Below are positions 55,008 to 63,114 of a DNA stretch of 64,000 nt, piece by piece (within the stretch, counting starts at the first letter, position 1; each line of letters begins with the position of its first letter). The notes below the pieces were generated by a model. That model ran no database searches. It was not told where the DNA came from and saw only the letters and a program-made list of their open reading frames with translations. A program made the position numbers and the translations under genes. The DNA comes from a virus. The stretch lies in IMG/VR virus record IMGVR_UViG_3300045988_139374, positions 32,001 through 96,000 of that record. One strand, given 5' to 3'.

Positions 55008-56230
55008 TGGTAAACTAAGAAATGCCCCTCATTATGGTGACATAGTGTTGAATGCTATTGAACTGCTGGGAAAGGCTAAAGCTCTCTTACCTACAATCAG
55101 GTGTCGAAAGACAGAAACAAGTAGAGAGATGGGTCATGGTGAAATAAAAGCTTATTATATTTCTATCCCTATTATAATAAGTCCTAAAACCTAAAATCAA
55201 TGTCTAATCAGCAACCAACAAACTTATATTAATCTATTTCAATTTTACTAGGAGGGTTAATATGAGTACCAACGGCAAACCTTTAAACGATATTACTGGA
55301 AAGATTTATCACAGTAACAATTGTGGAGATTTTGAAATCTTAGGTGAGATCGAGTATGTAGGAAAAGAGATTCATACAAGTCCATCAAATACAAGATATG
55401 CTTTGAGATTCCTGAATACAGGATATGTAACTGATGCATCACTAGATGCAATTAGACATGGAAGAGTATATGATAGATATACTCCAAATGTTGCTGGGGT
55501 TGGATATATTGGAACAAATATGATTATCAGTGATCCATATCCTTGCCAGTTTTATAAAGCTTGGAACGATATGATGAATAGATGCTATAATAAAGCTGAT
55601 AAAGATTATCCTTTATATGGAGGCATCGGAATCACAGTAGATCCTAGATGGCATAACTTCTCTACATTTATGCTTGATGTTCCATTTCTTCCGCTTTACG
55701 AAAAGAAGTTAATGTATCCTTCTATTTATCAACTTGATAAAGATTTTCTACAAATTCATGTTCCTAAAAATAAAAGAATTTATTCTAGAAATACATGTAT
55801 GTGGTTATCAAAACTTGATAATGTTTTAATGATGTCAAAAGATCGTGATATTAAAGATGGTAATCCATATGTAGGTGTAGTCTATTCTCACAATTGCTGG
55901 AAAACTGTAATAAATGGAGCAGTCTATGGAAAATTTAATGATCCTAAAGCTGCTGCAAATCTTTTCAATTATTTATATCCAAAGCTTAAAGGACCTTTTA
56001 ATGATATCACTATTCTAAATAATGTAGAATATATTCCATTAGAAGAATTGTCGAAATATATTGTTGGTTCAACGACTATCCAAACTGGAGTAGAGCCGCC
56101 TAAAACGGTTCGAAGTAATAGCACACCTCCAATTAATTTTACAGCTACAATTGGAGATGAAGATATAGTCTGAGCTTATGTAACACATAAGATTAACAAG
56201 CGTTAATATATAAAAAATAACGCAGGTACG
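55008..56230 (+). mobile_element. Group I intron in terL carrying a homing-endonuclease-like ORF
   Basis: The 5' part (55065-55213) is clearly homologous to the polB intron (34526-34677). gttcaacgacta at 56067-56078 (R) and agatatagtc at 56161-56170 (S). The ORF sits in a loop closed by aaccaacaa (55213-55221) and ttgttggtt (56061-69). Exact splice sites not resolved. Confidence 0.8.
55262..56173 (+). CDS. Intron-encoded homing-endonuclease-like protein of the YGGRGI family
   Basis: WNDMMNRCYNKADKDYPLYGGIGITVDPRW.NFSTF and YQLDKD...YSRNTCMW match the free-standing paralogs. RBS aggagg. The last codons overlap the ribozyme R and S elements. Confidence 0.7.
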   Translation: MSTNGKPLNDITGKIYHSNNCGDFEILGEIEYVGKEIHTSPSNTRYALRFLNTGYVTDASLDAIRHGRVYDRYTPNVAGVGYIGTNMIISDPYPCQFYKAWNDMMNRCYNKADKDYPLYGGIGITVDPRWHNFSTFMLDVPFLPLYEKKLMYPSIYQLDKDFLQIHVPKNKRIYSRNTCMWLSKLDNVLMMSKDRDIKDGNPYVGVVYSHNCWKTVINGAVYGKFNDPKAAANLFNYLYPKLKGPFNDITILNNVEYIPLEELSKYIVGSTTIQTGVEPPKTVRSNSTPPINFTATIGDEDIV

Positions 56231-58246
56231 ACTAATTTCATAAGGGAACTATGTAGGATCCCAACCGAAGGCGGTGCAGTTGGAGCTGGTAAAAGATTCG
56301 AACTAAATCGTGGTAACTTAGCCATGGCATATATGTTCGTTTATAATATTAACCAATTTGTAGAATTTCCTCGACAGCATGGTAAAACTGTTAGCGCCCT
56401 TTGTTGGTATCTTTGGGTTTTTAATTTCGGTGCAACAAATACTAGAATAATGTTTGCTAATAAGAAGCATGAAGACTCTAAAGCAAACTTGAGAACCATG
56501 AAGAATCTAAGAGCTGCCTTACCAGAATATTTGCGTATGGAAGCTCAGTTAGATAGAGATGGTAAACAAATACGTGCTCCAAATACAGCAGAAACATTAC
56601 AGAATCCTATAAATAGAAACTTGATTACCACTCTACCTGGTGCTAGAACTCCGGCTCTAGCAGAAGGTGCAGGACGTGGTGCTACAGTTGCAATTCAATA
56701 TTATGATGAGTTTGCTTTCTTGCCTTATAATGATATTGTATATACTGCTGCTATGCCTGCATTCTCTAAAGCATCTGAGAACGCTAAGTCTAATGGATCT
56801 CCTTATGGAGTATTGATTACTACTACTCCTGGAGACTTGACTACTAGAGAAGGTCAATTTGCTAATCATGTTAGATTGAATGGTACTGAATGGAATGAAA
56901 GTTTTTATGACCTAAGTTATGATGATCTTAAGAAAGTCATTGATGCTAATACAGATTCTAACTTCATGCATATTAGATATACTTATCAAATGCTTGGTAA
57001 TGGTACTGAGTATTTTGATCGCATGGTTAAGGATCTGCAGAAAGACTGGGTTAAGATTCGTCGTGAGGTTCTACTAGAATGGGCTAAGACTGCTGATAAC
57101 AGTCCTTTTAATAGAGAAGATTTGGATATTATCGGAGCTCAAGTAAAGCAGGAACCTAGAAGTATTTTGAGATTTGGTAAAGCTGGACAATTCGTAATGA
57201 AGATTTGGGATACTATACCTATGAATAGTATGTATCCATTCATTATCGGCGTTGACGTTTCTTCTGGTATACATAAAGACTCGTCTGCTATTACAGTTAT
57301 TGATTCTCAAACTACTAAAGTCATTGCTACATTTAAATGTAACTTTATTACGATGCCAGAATTGGCTGATATGATATATCAGTTTACAACTACTTATGCA
57401 AAGAATGCTATTATAAATATCGAAAACAATGGAGGTTTTGGAAGTTCTGTTCTACAGATGCTTATTAAAACTTCTATTAAAAAGAATCTCTATTATGAAA
57501 TTAAAGATCGTATAGATGAAGAGCAATTTGATGGAATGACAGTCAAGCGTAGACCTAAGAAATGTAAAGTCTATGGCTCTACTTCTGGAAAGAATAAACG
57601 TAATCAGCTTATTGAATTGCTGCATCAAAGAGTTCAGCATCATAGAGATAAATTTAATAGTAAAGATATTTATGATGAACTTTGCACAATGGTTGTTAAG
57701 CCTAATGGTAAAGTAGAGCATGCAGACGATGCACATGATGACTTGGTATTCTCTTATCTTTGGGCTTTGTATGTTTTCTATTATGGAGAAGATCTTGCTA
57801 CAAGATTTCATATTATGAAGACAGAGATCTATACTGATGATCATTATGATGAAACTTCTTATAGTCTAGAAGAAGAATATGGTGAAGAAGGAGAAAAACT
57901 AGATCCTAGTGTATTTGCTGATGATGCAGATGCTACTACTCATATGATAAATGATCAGCTCGATTATTTGAGCAAATCTAAGCGTATGAGTATGGAAGAT
58001 TTCCATCTTGCTCAATTAAATGAAGATGAGAAATCTCTGGAAAGAATCAGAAAAACTACAATAGGAAGAAAAGCTATCTCTGATGCTTATCATATTCCTG
58101 AAGATTATTTGGAGAAGCAAGAAAATAATGGATATACAGATATTAGTGCAGATCTGAATAAAATTTGGTATGGAGATAATTCTAAGAATCCTACTAACCC
58201 AACTTTAGCAGGAAACTTAAGTGATCTATTTAATAGAATAAATTAA
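56231..58246 (+). CDS. terL: Terminase large subunit, exon 2
   Basis: The frame is open from 56207. Walker A-like FPRQHGKT, Walker B YYDEFAF, nuclease motifs IGVDVSSG and AHDDLVFSYLWALYV (compare T4 gp17 YHDDLVMSLVIFGW). Confidence 0.85.
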   Translation, partial: TNFIRELCRIPTEGGAVGAGKRFELNRGNLAMAYMFVYNINQFVEFPRQHGKTVSALCWYLWVFNFGATNTRIMFANKKHEDSKANLRTMKNLRAALPEYLRMEAQLDRDGKQIRAPNTAETLQNPINRNLITTLPGARTPALAEGAGRGATVAIQYYDEFAFLPYNDIVYTAAMPAFSKASENAKSNGSPYGVLITTTPGDLTTREGQFANHVRLNGTEWNESFYDLSYDDLKKVIDANTDSNFMHIRYTYQMLGNGTEYFDRMVKDLQKDWVKIRREVLLEWAKTADNSPFNREDLDIIGAQVKQEPRSILRFGKAGQFVMKIWDTIPMNSMYPFIIGVDVSSGIHKDSSAITVIDSQTTKVIATFKCNFITMPELADMIYQFTTTYAKNAIINIENNGGFGSSVLQMLIKTSIKKNLYYEIKDRIDEEQFDGMTVKRRPKKCKVYGSTSGKNKRNQLIELLHQRVQHHRDKFNSKDIYDELCTMVVKPNGKVEHADDAHDDLVFSYLWALYVFYYGEDLATRFHIMKTEIYTDDHYDETSYSLEEEYGEEGEKLDPSVFADDADATTHMINDQLDYLSKSKRMSMEDFHLAQLNEDEKSLERIRKTTIGRKAISDAYHIPEDYLEKQENNGYTDISADLNKIWYGDNSKNPTNPTLAGNLSDLFNRIN

Positions 58247-58250
58247 ATTT

Positions 58251-58279
58251 TAGAGGTAGAGATTTAATCTCTACCTCTA
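58251..58279 (+). terminator. Rho-independent terminator
   Basis: tagaggtagag/ctctacctcta stem followed by ttttattttt. Confidence 0.7.
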
Positions 58280-58294
58280 TTTTATTTTTCAATT

Positions 58295-58306
58295 AGATAT
58301 AATAAA
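58295..58306 (+). promoter_or_regulatory. Early promoter-like motif (AGATATAATAAA variant)
   Basis: tcaattAGATATAATAAA. Followed by the hairpin atagatag/ctatctat at 58312-58334, nearly identical to the one at 26474. Confidence 0.5.
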
Positions 58307-58361
58307 TATGAATAGATAGGTATACACTATCTATAATCGTCATAATAGAAAGGAATAAAAT

Positions 58362-59504
58362 ATGAAAGAATTATTAATCGAAGGAAAATATGCTACTGCA
58401 AAGGTATTTACAGTAGACAATGAGAAGGATGCAATTGATCAGCATGCTAAAGCACAGATTAAAATGATCTGCGATGATGAAGTATCTAAGGATGCTATCA
58501 TTCGAGTTATGCCTGATGTCCATGCTGGAAAAGTTGGTCCTATTGGTCTTACAATGAAATTAAATCATTGTAGAATCATTCCTAATCTTCTTGGTAATGA
58601 TCTTGGATGTGGAGTTAGCATTTTCAAGATCCATCCTGGGAAGAAACTTACTACATCTGATTTTAATAAATTGGATAAAGTAATTAGAGAGAATATTCCT
58701 GTAAATCTTGCAAGAGGGCCTAGGGATTTATATGGATTTGGTGTGATCAATGCTTTAGGATTTAATACTCCTATACATTCTGATAAGCTGACTCTCTGTT
58801 ATGGAACTCTTGGAAATGGTAATCATTTCATTGAGATCGATATGGATGAGCATGGAGAATATTATCTTACTATTCATACCGGTAGTAGATCTATTGGCCC
58901 TGTTATTAATGATTATTTTAATAGAAAGGGTCAAGAAGAACTCAAATTAAAAGGAATCAATGTTCCTTATGAAATGACATATGTAGAAGATATGTTATAT
59001 GTCCAATATGTAGATGATGTTCGAAAAGCAACTGAATTTGCAAGATTGAATAGAAATAGAATTAGATCTATCATTTGCAGAAAGATGAAATGGGATTCAG
59101 AAATTGAATTTAATGCTCCTCATAATACAATTTCTGAAAAGCATTGCCTCTGTAAAGGAGCAGCATGCGAATTTGAAATGGAGAATAATATCTATATTCC
59201 TATCAATATGAAAGATGGCATTCTCTATGGAGAATTAAATGCAAAGAATAGTGATGAATGGAATTATTCTCTTCCTCATGGTTCCGGCAGATTAATCAAA
59301 AGAAGCGAAGTTAAAAACTCTGTTACTCTTAATATGTTTAAGAAGGAAATGGATGGAGTATTCTCTACATCTGTTTCTAAGGATACACTTGATGAGTCTC
59401 CTTTTGCATATAGAAGAATTGATGAAATCAGAGAAGCTGTATCTGATATTGTCAATGTAAAAGGTGTACTTACTCCTGTGTATAATTTCAAAGGAGGAAA
59501 TTAA
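58362..59504 (+). CDS. rtcB: RtcB-family RNA 3'-phosphate ligase
   Basis: MPDVHAGKVGPIG, GNGNHFIEID, HTGSRSIG, APHNT and LPHGSGR, the ordered RtcB metal- and GMP-binding motifs. Confidence 0.85.
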   Translation: MKELLIEGKYATAKVFTVDNEKDAIDQHAKAQIKMICDDEVSKDAIIRVMPDVHAGKVGPIGLTMKLNHCRIIPNLLGNDLGCGVSIFKIHPGKKLTTSDFNKLDKVIRENIPVNLARGPRDLYGFGVINALGFNTPIHSDKLTLCYGTLGNGNHFIEIDMDEHGEYYLTIHTGSRSIGPVINDYFNRKGQEELKLKGINVPYEMTYVEDMLYVQYVDDVRKATEFARLNRNRIRSIICRKMKWDSEIEFNAPHNTISEKHCLCKGAACEFEMENNIYIPINMKDGILYGELNAKNSDEWNYSLPHGSGRLIKRSEVKNSVTLNMFKKEMDGVFSTSVSKDTLDESPFAYRRIDEIREAVSDIVNVKGVLTPVYNFKGGN

Positions 59505-60112
59505 TGCTAATTCAAATTAGTTCTGGTATCGGAGCTCCTGCAGAATGTGAGCGAGCAGTTTATCTCTTTTCACAGAAGCTCATCTCTGAACTTGATGCTA
59601 CTATTGTCAAGAAGAAAGAATCTGGATTTCATAAAGGATGCTATAAATCTTGCATTCTGAAAACTGATAAGCAAATTAATTCCATTGAATACAATGGCAC
59701 TATTCAGTGGATCTGTAAAAGTCCTTTTAGAATTGGATGGCCTAGAAAGAATTGGTTCATTGATGTGAGCACCATTGATGAAGCTCAATTTATCGATCCT
59801 AATGTTGAAGGGCAAATCTCTTATGAAACTTTTCGTAGTGGAGGAAATGGAGGACAGAATGTAAATAAAGTAGAAACTGCAGTAAGAGGAGTTCATAAGC
59901 CTACTGGGATTTCTGTAGTTTCTATGAAGGAAAGATCTCAGCTTCAGAATAAGAAGGATGTAGAAAATCGCATTTCTGAAAGAATTGTAGATATTAATAA
60001 AAATAGTGAAGCAATTCAAAAGAATTCTGAATGGAAAGAGATCAATAAAATTGTACGTGGCAATCCTATTAGAGTATATAAGGGACCAAATTTTAAAAGA
60101 ATCGATAAATAA
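59504..60112 (+). CDS. prfH: Peptide chain release factor H-like protein
   Basis: GGQ motif (SGGNGGQNVNKVETAVR). GTIQWICKSPFR..RKNWF closely parallels E. coli PrfH as I remember it. TAATG overlap with rtcB, with the SD inside the rtcB 3' end. Confidence 0.8.
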   Translation: MLIQISSGIGAPAECERAVYLFSQKLISELDATIVKKKESGFHKGCYKSCILKTDKQINSIEYNGTIQWICKSPFRIGWPRKNWFIDVSTIDEAQFIDPNVEGQISYETFRSGGNGGQNVNKVETAVRGVHKPTGISVVSMKERSQLQNKKDVENRISERIVDINKNSEAIQKNSEWKEINKIVRGNPIRVYKGPNFKRIDK

Positions 60113-60143
60113 AAATTCATATAAAAAGAAAGGAAGTTTTATT

Positions 60144-60524
60144 ATGGATTACCGTTTTAATTATGATGATGCTATCGTCAATTATCAAGTTGTAGAAATT
60201 AATGGCATCAAGTGTTTATTTACAGAGAGCCGTCTTCATAGATTCCCACTCCCTGGATTCATCAAAATGTATGATCTTAGACATGGAGATAATCCCAGTC
60301 GTCCTAAAACTCTTGAACCTGCTGTTGTAGTAAATTTCTTTGGCACTATTATCACTGATCACACTTTCAATCTTAATGAAAGTAAAGCAACTGGTAATCC
60401 TGTTGATAAATTTATGCGCCTCAACAGAAACAACTTTAAATATGCATATGAAGACGATGTATGCGGCACTGATGCATGCAAATGGATCAGTGATCATAGT
60501 GTTGAAAAAGACTATGATGAATAA
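60144..60524 (+). CDS. Small protein with LPD28-like domain
   Basis: FTESRLHRFPLPGFIKMYDLRHGDNPSRPKTLEPAVVVNFFGTII resembles, from memory, a domain of polyvalent proteins on Firmicute conjugative elements. ATG at 60144 follows aaaggaag. Confidence 0.35.
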   Translation: MDYRFNYDDAIVNYQVVEINGIKCLFTESRLHRFPLPGFIKMYDLRHGDNPSRPKTLEPAVVVNFFGTIITDHTFNLNESKATGNPVDKFMRLNRNNFKYAYEDDVCGTDACKWISDHSVEKDYDE

Positions 60525-60532
60525 ATAAAAAG

Positions 60533-60558
60533 TCCGGGTAGGATCACTCCTACCCGGA
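60533..60558. terminator. Bidirectional terminator between convergent genes
   Basis: tccgggtagg/cctacccgga stem followed by tttattttttttt. Confidence 0.65.
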
Positions 60559-60581
60559 TTTATTTTTTTTTGTATTACTAG

Positions 60582-60974
60582 CTAAGATTTTATATAAACC
60601 ATATTAGTGTATCTACAATTCTTAGGATCACCATCTATATTAGAAGCATGATAACCCCTCTCTAAATAACTACTTGCATTAGCAATATAGCTACAAGCTA
60701 CCAAGTCTTTAATATAAAATGGTTCTAATCTCCATTTTCCATCTTTCACGCATGAAAGATTTACATATGGAATATTATTCTTAAAAGCCCAAGAAATATA
60801 AGAATCATTAATTACAGAATATACTTGTCCAGTCTTAGTAATACAATATAAATTAGGAAGAAGACCAGGATATGAGAGAATCTTAGCTTCTTCCATGCTA
60901 TCATGACTACTGAATCCTCTAACAGTAATCATGTTTTGCATCAGATCATAGTATCCATCTTTAGAAGAGTCCAT
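60582..60974 (-). CDS. Small NUMOD4/HNH_3-like protein with degenerate HNH motif
   Basis: YCITKTGQVYSV (NUMOD4-like) and YHASNIDGDPKNCRYTNMVY (HNH_3-like, but the canonical His residues are not all evident). Confidence 0.35.
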   Translation of the reverse strand: MDSSKDGYYDLMQNMITVRGFSSHDSMEEAKILSYPGLLPNLYCITKTGQVYSVINDSYISWAFKNNIPYVNLSCVKDGKWRLEPFYIKDLVACSYIANASSYLERGYHASNIDGDPKNCRYTNMVYIKS

Positions 60975-61000
60975 AACAGGTTCTCCTATTCTTATGGGTA

Positions 61001-62236
61001 TTACTTATATCCAAAAGCTTTCATTGTATCAATTTCTGTAAGCTGAACGGTAGAATCATGGAATGCTTTCATAGACTTATTCTTATAAATAGAGAAAACT
61101 TGCATAAGAGTAAGTCCAACATTTTTAATTCCAAGTTTCTTATAGAAATTACCAGCACATGCATTACAGGGTTTTTCATGGGGGCAAAGATAAGCCATTC
61201 TCATCTTAACTTTCTTACCAATAAATTGATCTCGGTTTTGAGAATTAAGCTCAATTAGCTTACCATTGCTTCCTATAATATTGTTATACATATACTGGTT
61301 TACATTTTTAGGGGTTAGCTCTATTGTAATATGTCTATCAGTATGGCAATCAGTACCATCTTCATCCAAAATCAAGTCTTGATATGCCATAGTAGTAAGG
61401 TTCTCTAGATAGCCGCCACCTTCAGTTTTCTTACCACGAGAATATGCACCTTCTATGCCAGAATTAGAATATAGAGAATATTCTTCTCTCTTAATTCCTT
61501 CCATATAGTTAGAAGTAGCAATACGAAATTCTTGTTTAGAATCAGGGTTGGGATCTCTAGTAGCGCCTTTCCAGATAAACATATTTTTGAAATTATTATT
61601 AATATTAGATCTTGCTCCAGAAATAAAAGAATCCATTGCTGGATCATCTTTCAAAAGCTCCTTAGCATAAGCAATGAGTTCATCCTCGATTTGCTTAGCT
61701 ACAACAGTATCTCCAGCTTCAAGCTCCTTTTGATGCTCCTTAATTAGTTTATCCTTCAGTTTATCAATTTGAACACTACATGTCAAAAGATCTTCAGAAT
61801 AATTTGGAGCTAACACAGTAACAAATTGCATTGCAAACTGAGTCTTCATCAAATAATTCTTAAGGGTTTGAACAGAGATTCGATCTTCCATTAAAGCATA
61901 TGAAAGATCTTGGTTCATATCTTCCAACTGGCCACCATTGATAGTTTTATTTACATATCCAAACAATTCAAAAAGATCTTGCTCAATGAACCATTTGTTG
62001 AAAATCCAAATACCTACAGTGGTAGTAAAAGTATTTTTATTTTTGTGGTTTTCTGGACCATAATATCCAGGAGGAACCTTTAGAATATCATATGGATGGC
62101 ATTTACATTTACCATCATATTCACCAAATAGTCCAAAAATAAAAGAAGATGTGATTTTATCCTCTGTAATATTAAGGAGCTCTGCTTTAAGAGTAGGATC
62201 TGTAACTTCTGTAGATACTCTCTTCTTAACGGCCAT
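61001..62236 (-). CDS. Multisubunit RNA polymerase beta-prime subunit, C-terminal part
   Basis: FISGARSNINNNFKNMFIWKGATRDP (compare SGARGSxxQxxQLxGMRGL). GIKREEYSLYSNSGIEGAYSRGKKTEGGGYLENL (compare [30 protein letters not shown]). Confidence 0.75.
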   Translation of the reverse strand: MAVKKRVSTEVTDPTLKAELLNITEDKITSSFIFGLFGEYDGKCKCHPYDILKVPPGYYGPENHKNKNTFTTTVGIWIFNKWFIEQDLFELFGYVNKTINGGQLEDMNQDLSYALMEDRISVQTLKNYLMKTQFAMQFVTVLAPNYSEDLLTCSVQIDKLKDKLIKEHQKELEAGDTVVAKQIEDELIAYAKELLKDDPAMDSFISGARSNINNNFKNMFIWKGATRDPNPDSKQEFRIATSNYMEGIKREEYSLYSNSGIEGAYSRGKKTEGGGYLENLTTMAYQDLILDEDGTDCHTDRHITIELTPKNVNQYMYNNIIGSNGKLIELNSQNRDQFIGKKVKMRMAYLCPHEKPCNACAGNFYKKLGIKNVGLTLMQVFSIYKNKSMKAFHDSTVQLTEIDTMKAFGYK

Positions 62237-62248
62237 AATTTACCTCCA

Positions 62249-63064
62249 TTAGAAGTAAATATGATAAGTAATATCAATACCCTTAGTAAGATCAATCAGA
62301 GGCTCATTAGGAATATTGAGCTGAGTCATAGGAGTAATATCCTGATACCAACGATAACCAGAAGACTCGTTATACCATGCGGTTAGCAGAGAAATAGAAT
62401 TGATCTTTGCATCATTGATAGAAGTAGTAGCTCTGAAATAATCACGGAAATCATCCTTAGTGATTCTCAGGTTCATCTCAACGAAAGTCTCAGCATCAGT
62501 TTCATTCTGAGAATCATACAGATTCTTATCAATGATCGTGCCATCTGTAAAGCGCATATACATCTTAGGATCAGACTCAAAAGCTTTGAAGTAATATGCA
62601 TAACGATCAGTTAGAGTCTTACGACCATAATACTTCTGACGAAGTTCATCAGTCAGATCATTCTGCTTCAGCTGATAACGGAAAGGAACTAGATCTCCAT
62701 TAGGAGCAATTCTCTTAGTATATCTTACAGGATAAACTGCAGAGTTTTCGGTACCGCAGCCTTGAGTTCCGCAGCAGAACAGGCAAATCTTAGGCAGATT
62801 TGCCGGAGAAGTACCATGTGCAACAGAATTTTCTAGAGATAGAGATTCATTATAAGTGGGCAAATGAACAAGTTCAGGAAGATTGAAACACTTCTCAGCA
62901 ACAAACTGAGAACCAGCAATAACAACTCTGTTATGAGTAGTTAGCAGAACTTCTCCAGTATCGATATCCTTAAAGATAACTTCACCACGCAGGAAAGGCT
63001 TATGAATATTTACATCTTCACGACTCTTTTGAGAGTCAAAGAATGTCAAATGTTTATCAGACAT
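62249..63064 (-). CDS. Hypothetical abundant late protein
   Basis: High-expression codon usage. ATG at 63064 lies 8 nt after ggagg. A late-type motif lies upstream. Confidence 0.55.
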   Translation of the reverse strand: MSDKHLTFFDSQKSREDVNIHKPFLRGEVIFKDIDTGEVLLTTHNRVVIAGSQFVAEKCFNLPELVHLPTYNESLSLENSVAHGTSPANLPKICLFCCGTQGCGTENSAVYPVRYTKRIAPNGDLVPFRYQLKQNDLTDELRQKYYGRKTLTDRYAYYFKAFESDPKMYMRFTDGTIIDKNLYDSQNETDAETFVEMNLRITKDDFRDYFRATTSINDAKINSISLLTAWYNESSGYRWYQDITPMTQLNIPNEPLIDLTKGIDITYHIYF

Positions 63065-63087
63065 ATCTAAAACCTCCATTTTAGTTA

Positions 63088-63101
63088 ATTATTTGAATGT
63101 T
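63088..63101 (-). promoter_or_regulatory. Late promoter-like motif AACA-N6-TAAT
   Basis: Minus strand reads AACATTCAAATAAT, in the 35-50 nt gap between two minus-strand genes. Confidence 0.55.
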
Positions 63102-63114
63102 CCGGTATATAAGA

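Noticed and set aside
54783-55013. The 76-aa ORF treated as an independent small gene.
   Set aside because: Its end and the open frame preceding the main terminase ORF join into a terminase-like sequence across an intron homologous to the polB intron.
56100-56115. ggttcgaag, a T-loop-like string that could indicate a tRNA. Other intergenic regions (26089-26410, 30312-30468, 49823-49981) were also scanned by eye for tRNAs.
   Set aside because: The string lies inside the intron ORF with no acceptor or anticodon stems around it. No cloverleaf-compatible sequence was seen in the ORF-free regions.
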